Source of the DNA: Bdellovibrio sp. | GTDB taxonomy: Bacteria > Bdellovibrionota > Bdellovibrionia > Bdellovibrionales > Bdellovibrionaceae | Assembly (NCBI GenBank): GCA_025359945.1 | Contig: JANYDD010000061.1 | Coordinates: 25,151 to 89,150, forward strand | Reading direction: 5' to 3' | DNA length: 64,000 nt | Part shown: positions 17,849 to 27,409 of the stretch, piece after piece | How positions within the stretch are numbered: position 1 is the first letter of the stretch | How the letters are laid out: each line of letters starts with the position of its first letter | Notes under the pieces: generated by a model | Databases searched by the model: none | The model's input: only the letters and a program-made list of their open reading frames with translations | Told to the model about the DNA's origin: nothing | Position numbers and translations under genes: made by a program

Positions 17849-18250
17849 ATGAAAAAAATTTTTGCCACAGTAATTATTCTGGCCTTGTTGGGAATTTCGT
17901 TTTTTGTATTTCAGAATTGCGCGCCTCACATGTAAACAAAAGACATTGCTGTGACATCGGCTGCGCCAACTAGCGATCCTGACTTGCCGGCACCTGTCGC
18001 GCTGGCGTCGGTACCGGCAGTGGCCGACGTTAATCAGGGCCATGAATTGTTTTTGCAAAATGGCGATACTCCTCCGACGACGGCACCGGGTTCGCCAGAT
18101 GCGGGCACGCCAACTTCGCCGCCAACATTGGCACCTCCTTTGGCAACGTCTGAAAAAGTATTTCGCATACCTGCCAACGCTGAAGTCCCCTGCTGCGAAG
18201 GCATCGCCGGCGAGGACCTAAGTGAAAAAGTGATAGTTATGACTTTCTAG
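17849..18250 (+). pseudogene. Putative secreted Pro-rich protein interrupted by an in-frame TAA after its signal peptide
   Basis: ATG 17849 encodes MKKIFATVIILALLGISFFVFQNCAPHM, then TAA (17933..17935). The same frame continues open into the 17951..18250 ORF (Pro/Ala/Thr-rich). Confidence 0.3.
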
Positions 18251-18507
18251 GTTCGAACAAAGTCTAAGTGACAATCCGCTGTATGGGTCGATCGACCTGG
18301 CTTATGCTAAAATCATTGTTAATCATCTGGCAGATTTTTTTCGCCGCCGTTAGTGGTAAATTAAGGCAGTTGCATAAATTCAAACTTGTCGAATTCTTGG
18401 TCATCAGATTGCGATTTTTTTCACCGGTCGTTATTTTTAATGCAAAAAATCTGTAAAGTTGATAGCGCTTAAGCCGCAAATCATTTTGAATCAAAGGGAT
18501 GTAAATT

Positions 18508-19074
18508 ATGAAACTTCAAATCGTTAGAGGGATTTTCACATTCGTTGTGATTGGAACTTCTTTGACGGCGTTTGCTCAGCGTGGCGAAAATCCTGGTGGT
18601 AATCACGCTTCAAAAACGCTTTCTAAAGTTCAGCCAAAGCTTAATGTTGGCGTTTTAAATGAGCTCTCTGAAGTTATCAAAGAAGTAAAGTTGTCTCCGG
18701 CTGATGACCAGGAATCATTTGATCTTTCTTCGGCAAAGGACTTAGGTAGTTTTCCCCACTACCACCAAATATTGTTGGGAGTTATCGACCAAAATCGCAG
18801 CTTGAATGATCAAGCCTACGTCCCACAAAATTCACAATTCGTAGAATCGATCGTCTTCGTACTTTCAATAAAATCTGAAAATAAAAACTGCTACTATGTT
18901 TCGGAAGCTGATCCTAGGGCTGAAACCGCCGATTCGTACTTTTTCACTGCATTTCTTATTTGCGAGGGAATGGCTGAGATTAAATATTGGCCTTCGAAAA
19001 AAATGGATATTAAGCACTTGGCAAAAAAATTCTCGGACGAATCTGCTCGACGATCAAAACCATCGAACCTATAA
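18508..19074 (+). CDS. Hypothetical secreted protein (188 aa)
   Basis: Signal peptide MKLQIVRGIFTFVVIGTSLTAFA. No family recognised. Confidence 0.55.
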   Translation: MKLQIVRGIFTFVVIGTSLTAFAQRGENPGGNHASKTLSKVQPKLNVGVLNELSEVIKEVKLSPADDQESFDLSSAKDLGSFPHYHQILLGVIDQNRSLNDQAYVPQNSQFVESIVFVLSIKSENKNCYYVSEADPRAETADSYFFTAFLICEGMAEIKYWPSKKMDIKHLAKKFSDESARRSKPSNL

Positions 19075-19080
19075 AAAAAA

Positions 19081-20286
19081 TTATTTCTGCGGATCAGCAA
19101 GAGTGTTCGCGCAGTTTTTTTTCTTTGCTAAAAATATTTGTAGCTCTGCGGCCGTTGAGAAATTCACTGGACCGTCTTTTTTCCACAGCAAATCGCGCCG
19201 ATCGATTTTACAGGCCCTGTCGCCGAAGATGACGTGTCCGGGAACTATTTCACTTTCTTGGTCGAAGCGACGAACCGAGGACATCAGCACGTCTTTGCCG
19301 GTGTATTTAATAACGGGCATTTCTCCAAGAGTTGGATTTGAAACTTCTTGCAGAACGCCTTCAATAATCTTTCCCGAGGCTTTCTCGAAAACAACCTTTT
19401 CGCCGTTACAAAGGGTGACTATCACTGATTCGGCTTGGCTTTCGAAGGAAGGCAGCTGGCGACATGGAAAAACACGCAATTGTAGAATGCGCTCATCTGT
19501 GAATTTGGATCCAGCATTATCAGAAATCTTAATTTCAGAGTTCTCAATTTTCTGGCCGAAATATCTAAAAGAGAAAACTCGGGCTTTCTGGCCAAGTGTT
19601 TTCCCTTGGGACTCAATCATAAATTCGTCTACAACGTTCACCAGGGCATCCTGACATTTTTGGTCGTAGACTTTAGCTTGTTCAACACAAGATTTGTATT
19701 TTAACTCAGCCGCTTTTTGTTTATCGAGTAAACCGGAATACGAAAGCAAAAACCGTGAAGGCGATTTTGTCATAAAATTCAACCTGGTGGTTAAATTTTC
19801 TCTAACTGCAGCCTTTTTGTTTATTTCTATTGCCTGGTCATTGCACCGTTCAGAAGTTTCAGCGCGAGCGCATTCGTCTTCGTATTTCGCTCGGAGAGGC
19901 ACAAGTTCGGCGTCAGCGCGGTTCGCGAAATCTCTTAAGCTAAGGTATTCAGAAGTGTAAACTTTTCGAGACTCTTTCTCTAAATCAATTGCGTTGAATT
20001 GGTTTCCTAAACTTAAAACCTCTTCAGCAATTTTTTTACAATCAGCGTATTGCTTTTTATTGACCTCTTCGCATTTCAAATTGGGTCCCCATTGGACAAC
20101 AAAAGAATTGGAAGTGGTGTAGGGGACCCTAGTTGTGGTTCGTTGGGTGTTCACTGAAACTGCAGATAATGCTTTTCCCTTTGGAATGGCCGCTTCTTTG
20201 GCCGTTTCGCTTTTTATGTTCGCATTTGAGAACGGCGGACTGATAAAAAAGAACCAGGCGCCTACTTTTAAAATATTCAAATTCAA
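19081..20286 (-). CDS. Cys-rich hypothetical exported protein, co-transcribed with dsbD
   Basis: Its start codon lies 1 nt after the dsbD stop. I counted 10 Cys in the translation. The N-terminus is hydrophobic. Confidence 0.6.
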   Translation of the reverse strand: MNLNILKVGAWFFFISPPFSNANIKSETAKEAAIPKGKALSAVSVNTQRTTTRVPYTTSNSFVVQWGPNLKCEEVNKKQYADCKKIAEEVLSLGNQFNAIDLEKESRKVYTSEYLSLRDFANRADAELVPLRAKYEDECARAETSERCNDQAIEINKKAAVRENLTTRLNFMTKSPSRFLLSYSGLLDKQKAAELKYKSCVEQAKVYDQKCQDALVNVVDEFMIESQGKTLGQKARVFSFRYFGQKIENSEIKISDNAGSKFTDERILQLRVFPCRQLPSFESQAESVIVTLCNGEKVVFEKASGKIIEGVLQEVSNPTLGEMPVIKYTGKDVLMSSVRRFDQESEIVPGHVIFGDRACKIDRRDLLWKKDGPVNFSTAAELQIFLAKKKNCANTLADPQK

Positions 20287-20287
20287 T

Positions 20288-22288
20288 TTATTTCCCTAAA
20301 ACTTTTTGCATTCGTTCACCAAACTTTGGTCCGGCGATAAATTCATTAACTGTAAGCTCTTTTAGCCATTCGCCGCGACTGCTCATAAATACAACGGTTG
20401 GAAGGCCAACAATATTAAATTTTTTCTTCAAGATTTCAAGTTCTGAGGTTTCGGTCGTGGCATCAAATCGAAGCAAAACGAACTGACTGGCCCATTTTTT
20501 AAATTCAGCACTGGTGAACGTCTGGTTTTCCAGCTGTTTGCAAGCGGCACACCATTCGGCCCAAAAATCAATAAGGATAGGCTTCTGCGCCAACATGGCC
20601 GCTTGATATTTTTCGCTTGAGTAGGTTTGCCATTCAGACTTTGCTTCCTGGGGCAAGGTGCATTCGACATTGGGATTTGCAAAGTCTGGCTGCCCTTGCA
20701 ATTGATTTCCATGGATTTGTCCTTTGTCGCTTGAAAAGAGCAATCGATCCAAACCCAACTGGTAAGATGTCGTTATTGCCATGCCAGAAAACCCAGCTAA
20801 AAACAAAACCATATTTAAAACGAAAAAAACCTTTTTTCGATTCATCAACTGCGGACTGCTGGCTGAAAAATTTAAGGTGATTGGTTTTAAAAGTCCCAAC
20901 GCAAGGGAAGCTCCTAAGATCCCAAAACTTAAAGCCAAATAAAATCCAGTCTTGCTGACAATCAAACTTAAAAAATAATAAAATGGGACCATCAAGATCA
21001 GGCCGAAGATTTTTTTAATTCCTTCCATCCAAGCCCCTGACCTGGGAAGAAGTTTTGTCATCTGGCTTGAAACTCCGAACAACAAAAACAATTGTCCCAT
21101 CCCAAACGCAAAAACAAAAAGTAAAGAGAAACCAAAAAGAATACTTTGCGATTGGGCGACGTAGGTCAAAATGCCAACCAATATTGGGCCCACACAGGGA
21201 CTTGCGACTACGCCAGCTAGAATGCCTTGGATAAAAACTCCCAAAAGCCCATCACTTTTAAAATGAGTTGAAACATATTCTTGAATTTTTAACGGAACTT
21301 GGATTTCAAACAATCCAAATAAACTTAAGGCCATTAAAAAATAAATGGTACAGATGACCGATAAAACCCAGGGGCTATTCATCATCGATCCAAAAAGTGC
21401 TCCGGTACTTGCCGCAAAAACTCCAAGCAAAGAATAGGTCAGCGCTATTCCCAAAACGTAAATATGACTGACCAAAATTTGTTTTCGTTTCGAGCGCAGG
21501 TGAGCATCCCGCCCCAATACAGTCAAAGTGATCGGAATCATCGGAAATACACACGGAGTAAAACTAGTTAAAACCCCACCGATAAAAACAAAAAGGTAAG
21601 TCCAAAAAAGTCCAAACTTCAGAACATCTTGTAATTTTAAATCTGTCCAAGATTTAAAATTCCACGAAGGTCCATTGTCTGAAGCTGCCACAGCCGATTT
21701 TGGGATTTCAACCGGAAGATCAATCTCGATGGGAAATAAACAATAGGTGGCCGTGCAAGCTTGATAGGTTAATCCCAAAACAATATTGGCGGCCTTGGAT
21801 GGCGGTTGCGGAAATTCCAAAGGGGCGGTCAGCTGCGCACTTCCGATAACACCCATTTTTTCTTTTTTGGTGGTTTCATCAAAAAATTTTTGAAGTGGCG
21901 ACAAAGTTATTTTTCCAACTAAAAAATTTTCGTTAGAAAGAACACGCAGTTTAAATTGGTCCGCATAGGCTTTGTATTTTGGCGGCAAGCTCAGATCAAT
22001 TCGAAGTGTCGCCACTTGTCCAGGCCTATGATCTGACGATTCAATAAACGCTTTAGCTTGCAGTGGATTTTCATTCCTAGAAGTGACATTTTCCGAACCT
22101 GATCCCGAACCACTTCGAAATGAATTTTCCGCACGAGCAGTTTTGATCGCGAATTGGAACCAACTTTTTTGCTGGACCTTGATCGTGGGCAAATAAAATG
22201 GCGAACTTGGGTTAGTCTCCTCAGCCAAAGTGAACTGGCTCAGAACGAGAAAAACTGCCGCCCAAAATAATTTTCTAGAATAGACCAT
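20288..22288 (-). CDS. dsbD: Thiol:disulfide interchange protein DsbD
   Basis: N-terminal alpha domain (ACTATYCLFP), a membrane core with CVFPMIP and SPCVGPIL, and a C-terminal thioredoxin fold (WAEWCAACK). Confidence 0.88.
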   Translation of the reverse strand: MVYSRKLFWAAVFLVLSQFTLAEETNPSSPFYLPTIKVQQKSWFQFAIKTARAENSFRSGSGSGSENVTSRNENPLQAKAFIESSDHRPGQVATLRIDLSLPPKYKAYADQFKLRVLSNENFLVGKITLSPLQKFFDETTKKEKMGVIGSAQLTAPLEFPQPPSKAANIVLGLTYQACTATYCLFPIEIDLPVEIPKSAVAASDNGPSWNFKSWTDLKLQDVLKFGLFWTYLFVFIGGVLTSFTPCVFPMIPITLTVLGRDAHLRSKRKQILVSHIYVLGIALTYSLLGVFAASTGALFGSMMNSPWVLSVICTIYFLMALSLFGLFEIQVPLKIQEYVSTHFKSDGLLGVFIQGILAGVVASPCVGPILVGILTYVAQSQSILFGFSLLFVFAFGMGQLFLLFGVSSQMTKLLPRSGAWMEGIKKIFGLILMVPFYYFLSLIVSKTGFYLALSFGILGASLALGLLKPITLNFSASSPQLMNRKKVFFVLNMVLFLAGFSGMAITTSYQLGLDRLLFSSDKGQIHGNQLQGQPDFANPNVECTLPQEAKSEWQTYSSEKYQAAMLAQKPILIDFWAEWCAACKQLENQTFTSAEFKKWASQFVLLRFDATTETSELEILKKKFNIVGLPTVVFMSSRGEWLKELTVNEFIAGPKFGERMQKVLGK

Positions 22289-22357
22289 AGTCTTAAAGTA
22301 GCTCGTTTCTTCATTTTTTCAACCAATATACCGCTAAGTACTTACAAGAGGTACAAA

Positions 22358-23224
22358 ATGGGATTTGTAGGAATACTAGTCGTTTTCGGTTTGGTGTTCG
22401 GCGGTTTTATCGTTGCCGGTGGACACATGGCGGTGATTTTCAAAGCAGCACCTATCGAGATGATGATTATCGGTGGTGCGGCTTTAGGTGCGTACATTAT
22501 TGCCAATCCCATGAAGACCATCAAGATGGGAATCAAGCTGAGCATCAAAGCAATGACTGCAAAAGGTCCCCAGAAACAAGATTTTGTTCAGTTGCTGCAA
22601 ATGCTATTTCAACTTTTTCAATTGCTTAGAAAAGACGGACCACAAGCCCTAGAAAAACATATCGAGACGCCCGACAAGTCTGAGATCTTCACTGCGTACC
22701 CAAGCTTTATGAAGAATCATCATGCGGTTCACTTCTTGTGTGACACGATGAAGGTGACTCTTTCTACCGATTTATCACCGTACGACGTCGATGATTTACT
22801 AGATGGCGATATTAAAGCGATTCATTCTGAAGAACATTTAGCCCAGCACGCAGTTCAAAACGTAGCGGATGGATTTCCGGGTTTAGGAATTGTGGCCGCG
22901 GTTTTGGGTATCGTGAAAACGATGGATCACTTGACTGAAGGAACAGAAACTATTGGTCGATTGGTGGCCAGCGCCCTAGTGGGAACGATGCTTGGGGTGT
23001 TTGGTGCGTATGGATTGATTGGGCCAACAGCAGGGAAAATCTCGGCGGATATCGATGCTGAAGGCCGTTACTTAGGTGCGATCAAAGCGGCACTTGTAGC
23101 CTTGCAAAGGGGAGCGCCACCGATTGTTTGTATCGAGTACGCGCGCCGTTCGATTCAGCCTGAAGAGCGACCTTCGTTCGATGAAATGGACAAAGCGACA
23201 AAAGAAATTAAAAAAGCCGCATAA
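22358..23224 (+). CDS. motA: Flagellar stator protein MotA
   Basis: Four-TM MotA/TolQ/ExbB-type protein (GLGIVAAVLGIVKTM; ALVGTMLGVFGAYGLIGP), directly upstream of motB. Confidence 0.9.
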   Translation: MGFVGILVVFGLVFGGFIVAGGHMAVIFKAAPIEMMIIGGAALGAYIIANPMKTIKMGIKLSIKAMTAKGPQKQDFVQLLQMLFQLFQLLRKDGPQALEKHIETPDKSEIFTAYPSFMKNHHAVHFLCDTMKVTLSTDLSPYDVDDLLDGDIKAIHSEEHLAQHAVQNVADGFPGLGIVAAVLGIVKTMDHLTEGTETIGRLVASALVGTMLGVFGAYGLIGPTAGKISADIDAEGRYLGAIKAALVALQRGAPPIVCIEYARRSIQPEERPSFDEMDKATKEIKKAA

Positions 23225-23237
23225 TAGGGAAGTGTGA

Positions 23238-24110
23238 ATGGCCGCAGAGAAAAAAGGGACGACGATCGTCATCAAAAAAATCTACGTGACGACTGGTGGT
23301 CACGGGGGATCATGGAAAGTGGCATTGGCCGATTTCATGACGGCGATGATGGCTTTTTTCCTGGTGATGTGGCTTTTGAATCAAACCGAAGAAACTAAAA
23401 AAGCGGTCTCTGAATATTTCTCAAGCCCCAGTATTATTGAATATAATTTCCAAAACTACGGTGCGACTTTAAGTTTAGAAAAATTATTTCTTGATCTAAT
23501 TAACGAGCCTTTGAAAGCCTTCCAAACATTTTTAGAGCCCGCCGATCGAACTCCGAATGCTTTGGACATGGGTTCGCAAAAAGTAGTGGCCGCATATATG
23601 GCGGATAAACTTGGAGACATTGCTAAAAACGTATCTGTGGGTGCCGATGGTTTTGAATTTGATATTATGGATTACGAGCTTTTCAAAAAAGGATCGTCGA
23701 CACCGCAACCTGATTTTATCAAACAGATGAATCGATTTAAGGCTTTAAGCCAAGGTTTAGAAGACGGAATTGTTCGCATCGAATCTAGACTTTTTTATCA
23801 GAGCGTCGAAGGCTCAAATAGCTTACTGTCGCAAAAAGTGGCCGCTCAGCGGTTAGAGCCTTTGAAAAACTTTATACAGTCGTCGTTTGAAAGCACCAGC
23901 AATGATCTTTTTGTTTCCTACAACGTGATCAGTAAAAAAGATTTTATCGAGGGACAAGACACACGTCCGCCAGGAATGATCCGAATTACCGTCAGACAAA
24001 AGCCGTTTAAATCCGACGGTAAAAAACCTAGAAAGCTAGACGCTTTGTTTGGTGAATCCAAAGTGGACATGAAAGCTTACGAAGAGCTGGTAAAAAGAAC
24101 TTCAAAATAA
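23238..24110 (+). CDS. motB: Flagellar stator protein MotB (divergent C-terminal domain)
   Basis: N-terminal [25 protein letters not shown] plug/TM segment. The C-terminus only weakly resembles an OmpA-like peptidoglycan-binding domain. Confidence 0.8.
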   Translation: MAAEKKGTTIVIKKIYVTTGGHGGSWKVALADFMTAMMAFFLVMWLLNQTEETKKAVSEYFSSPSIIEYNFQNYGATLSLEKLFLDLINEPLKAFQTFLEPADRTPNALDMGSQKVVAAYMADKLGDIAKNVSVGADGFEFDIMDYELFKKGSSTPQPDFIKQMNRFKALSQGLEDGIVRIESRLFYQSVEGSNSLLSQKVAAQRLEPLKNFIQSSFESTSNDLFVSYNVISKKDFIEGQDTRPPGMIRITVRQKPFKSDGKKPRKLDALFGESKVDMKAYEELVKRTSK

Positions 24111-24291
24111 ATTCTAAAAAAAGCAATCAGTGCGCTATCTAGATAGTTCAATTCCGATCGCATTTGATGCTACAGGAATTATGATGGCGATCAAATTTAA
24201 GGCCGCTCAAAATTTAAACTGTTTGAATTCAAAGTTTATGAATTTTGCTGCTGATCAAACTAAAGCCCATCAAAATTACAGCCAATCAGAT

Positions 24292-25655
24292 TTAACTTTG
24301 TTTCCAATCTTTCCCAAGAATTAACCGTGCGCCTTTTTTCAAGGTCAGATAACTCCAGGCCCATTGGGTAAAAACAAATAATTTATTTTTGAATCCCGCT
24401 AGATAATAAATATGTACGAACAGCCACATCATCCACGCAATCCATCCTGAAAATTCCAAGCCTTTAAACTGAACTACAGCTTTGCTTTTTCCGATGGTCG
24501 CCATCTGGCCCTTATCGAAATATTTAAAAGCAGAAATTTTCTTGCCTTTAGCCAATGCTTTGATTTGCCCGGCCACGTAGAGGCCTTGTTGCAAAGCCAC
24601 CGGCGCCAATCCTGGCAATGGCTTTTGATGCTGGTCTAGCACACAGGCCATGTCTCCCAACGCGAAAACGTCTGGGTGCTGTGGCAGTCTCAAGTACTGA
24701 TCAACCTTCACCCGACCTTGCGGATCCAAGGGTTCGCGCAGTTGCGGGTTTAGGCTCGAGGGTTTAACCCCTGCAGCCCAGATCACGGTTTGCGAGGCCA
24801 TCCAGCCATCTTTGATTTTGACCCCAGTTGAGGTGACCGCTTCAACCCGACTGTTCACTAAAACTTGAACGCCCAATTTTTCTAAGTCTCTTTTCGCCTT
24901 TGCTGAAAGTGTATCCGAAAATAAGCTTAAGACTCTGGACCCGGCCTCGATTAAGATAATTTGGGCACTAGAGGGATTGATGTTGTGAAAATCTTTTTGC
25001 AGCGAAAAACGACTGATCTCGGCGATCGTGCCAGCAAGCTCGACGCCTGTGGGACCGCCGCCAACGATCACAAAAGTCATCAGCGCTTTTTTCTTTTCTT
25101 CAAGCGTTTCGCTTTCAGCCAATTCGAAAGCCAACAGCACTCGGCGCCTGATTTCCCTACCTATGCACATGACGCCAGCAAATTCGCCTTGTCGAATATT
25201 GTCGACTTGAATGCGCTCCAGTCGAACAAGACAGGTAGGTGGCGTCATGTGCATACGTAAGTGATTTCCGTGGCCTGCTCTAGCGTTTTTAAACCGGGGG
25301 CGAACTCTTCCCACTCGGGATGTTGAAAATAACTGTGTTTCGCACCACACGCTAAAATTAGCTTGTCATAGGAAAAAATAACATCTTGCCCCACTTGCAC
25401 TGATTTAGAATCCAGGTCGATCTTAGTGACATTGCCTAAAATGACTTCGACATTTTTCGTCGAAGAAAGTTCGCCGCGAATGGGCACTGCAATATCTGCC
25501 GGAGACAAACCGGCTGTCGCCACTTGATAAAGTAAGGGCTGAAACAGATGATAATTTCTTCGATCGACGATTACCATTTCAAATTGAGGATCGCGGGCTA
25601 AATTTTTTGCAGCGGCAAGCCCTGCAAATCCGGCTCCGACTATGACAATTTTCAC
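24292..25655 (-). pseudogene. ndh: Type-II NADH dehydrogenase (NDH-2) gene split by a MITE insertion
   Basis: The N-terminal ORF (KIVIVGAGFAGLAAAK...) stops inside the element. The C-terminal ORF resumes at REIRRRVLLAFE...FVIVGGGPTGVELAG...ALGDMA. Deleting the element plus one duplication copy restores LEQATEIRRRV in frame. Confidence 0.8.
25157..25261. mobile_element. MITE-like non-autonomous element, copy 1 (105 bp)
   Basis: Terminal inverted repeats TATGCACATGACGCCA / TGGCGTCATGTGCATA. It is flanked by the direct 8-bp duplication TGATTTCC (25149..25156 and 25262..25269). Confidence 0.7.
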
Positions 25656-25718
25656 AACGCGCCTACTTTCGAAATGGCTCTAGGCTTGTTCGTGGCTGTG
25701 ACTAGAGCTTTGAAAATT

Positions 25719-26438
25719 TTAGAAATCTATTTTCACCAACATGTAGATAAGTGGTTCGCCAAAAATGTTAAAATTAAAATTTGGACTGGTCATTCCGGCA
25801 AGAACTCCTAAATATAAATTTGTCCACTGGTAACCTAGGCCGGTTTTTACCATAATAAAATCGACGCCAGTGGGAAATGAAAGCGTATTGTAACTGGCTT
25901 CCATCCGCCACAGAAGATCCCAAAAAATTTTCAGGTCAGTCCACCCGCCATAACTGTATCGCGGCCCTGCATAGCCCAGCCAATTTTCATTTTTCTTGAA
26001 GTAGACATGATAGTCGTAGGCCGAAAGCTCGAAACCATATCCCAGTTTCGACATTGTCAGCTGGTGAACCTCTAAGAACAGCTTAAGATTCCAATTCAGA
26101 TTGATCGGGATTTTGTAATCGGTGAAAAAGGCGTATTTGTAATAGTCATCTGTATCGTATAAAAACGCATCGGTTCCAAAAAATCCGACTCGGGCTGGGC
26201 CCCATTGATATCCAACTGTTGCGTTTAAATAAGGGGTGCGATTGGGCTGTGAATACCCGCGATCCGTTGCGAACAGTCCGACGATATCAAGCTCGGTAAA
26301 AAATTTTTCCTGACCAACCGTGGTGGCAGTCTGCCCATCAATAGGAGTCTCAACTTGAGCATTTGCACGGTGGCAGTAGGAGTGAAAGACCACTAAAAGG
26401 ATGCAGGCGAGTAAATAAAATTTCCATTGCTGAACCAT
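25719..26438 (-). CDS. Hypothetical outer-membrane beta-barrel-like protein
   Basis: Signal peptide, an aromatic/Gly-rich alternating pattern, and a C-terminal Phe (LVKIDF). Confidence 0.45.
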   Translation of the reverse strand: MVQQWKFYLLACILLVVFHSYCHRANAQVETPIDGQTATTVGQEKFFTELDIVGLFATDRGYSQPNRTPYLNATVGYQWGPARVGFFGTDAFLYDTDDYYKYAFFTDYKIPINLNWNLKLFLEVHQLTMSKLGYGFELSAYDYHVYFKKNENWLGYAGPRYSYGGWTDLKIFWDLLWRMEASYNTLSFPTGVDFIMVKTGLGYQWTNLYLGVLAGMTSPNFNFNIFGEPLIYMLVKIDF

Positions 26439-26500
26439 GGGTTTATTTTAACCATGAAGATAGACACAATGGCAGTTTCACTGGACTTGAAATTTTCGAA

Positions 26501-27406
26501 ATGCTACATGGAGAATTAATGAATCTTGATAGACCTTGGTCAGAATTTCAATTTGTAGCGTTTGATACGGAAACCTCCGGTGCCTATCCGCTAGATTCCG
26601 AGATTGTGGAATTTGGCGCGGTGAAATGGTCGGCAAAAACGGGTCAGAATGTCGCTGAGTATCAGACATTATTAAAACCCAGCCGCCCCATGAGCGATTT
26701 TATTATAAAAATCCACGGAATTTCGAATGAAATGGTCCAGGACGCCCCTTCAATGAAAGACAAAATTTCCGAGATCCAGAATTTTTTTTCTGACAGTGTC
26801 TTGGTGGCCCACCATGCTCCGTTTGATATGGGTTTTATGGCCGCTGATTTTGAAAAATTCACAGCCGGCGTCCCTGATCAGCCGGTGTTGTGCACCAGTT
26901 TATTGGCCAGAAAATTGATTCGAGGAACTACCAACCACAAACTTCAAACATTGGTTAAAGAACTCAATCTTAAGCAATCTGACGGGCATCAAGCTCACCG
27001 GGCTTTGGATGACGCGCAATCGTGTCTAGAAGTTTTAAAAGAATGTTTCAAGCGTGTGCCATCCGGGCAATCGTTGTTAGACTTTGCAAAAAATATGAAC
27101 GGCTTTTTGCAATGGAAAAATTTTAAACTGACTTTTGATCAGGACGCCAACTCAGCCCGATCTGGGGACCCATCACAAATTCAGCTGATTCAAAAAATAA
27201 AGTCATCGATTCAGGCAGGGATGGATTTGAATTTTATTTATTTAAAGGACTCGTCAAAACAATCACAAATTCCAAGAGCGATGACACCTGTTGGAATTGT
27301 TCGAGGTCCTGATGGGGATTTTGTTGTGGGTCGCTGCCACAACGACGGGACCCAAAAGCGATTTTACTTAAGTAAAGTTCGCTTGCTTGACGAGTCACTT
27401 CCATAG
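26501..27406 (+). CDS. DEDDh 3'-5' exonuclease (DnaQ-like) with a WYL-like C-terminal domain
   Basis: Exo motifs FVAFDTETSG, VAHHAPFDMGF and HRALDDA. I moved the start to the internal ATG to avoid overlap with the upstream convergent gene. The C-terminus is LNFIYLKD...PRAMTPVGIV...DFVVGRCH...KRFYLSKV. Confidence 0.75.
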   Translation: MLHGELMNLDRPWSEFQFVAFDTETSGAYPLDSEIVEFGAVKWSAKTGQNVAEYQTLLKPSRPMSDFIIKIHGISNEMVQDAPSMKDKISEIQNFFSDSVLVAHHAPFDMGFMAADFEKFTAGVPDQPVLCTSLLARKLIRGTTNHKLQTLVKELNLKQSDGHQAHRALDDAQSCLEVLKECFKRVPSGQSLLDFAKNMNGFLQWKNFKLTFDQDANSARSGDPSQIQLIQKIKSSIQAGMDLNFIYLKDSSKQSQIPRAMTPVGIVRGPDGDFVVGRCHNDGTQKRFYLSKVRLLDESLP

Positions 27407-27409
27407 CTC

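Noticed and set aside
18896-19654. A 252-aa plus-strand ORF antisense to the Cys-rich gene.
   Set aside because: Its composition is Ser/Arg/Phe-rich, typical of a shadow frame. It overlaps the end of the 18508..19074 gene. The opposite-strand ORF is longer and abuts dsbD.
24292-25350. The ORF reading through the MITE (…MHMTPPTCLVRLERIQVDNIRQGEFAGVMCIG…), considered as evidence that the element encodes a peptide or that ndh has an alternative N-terminus.
   Set aside because: The same open frame occurs in the intergenic copy (31173..31457), so it is a property of the repeat and not a gene. A product starting there would lack the first FAD/NAD Rossmann motif.
26363-26500. Upstream Met extensions in the ORF track for the exonuclease (26363), ftsL (39123) and the PilZ protein (60603).
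   Set aside because: Each extension overlaps the preceding well-supported gene and adds non-homologous sequence. I chose downstream starts (26501, 39261, 60750) instead.
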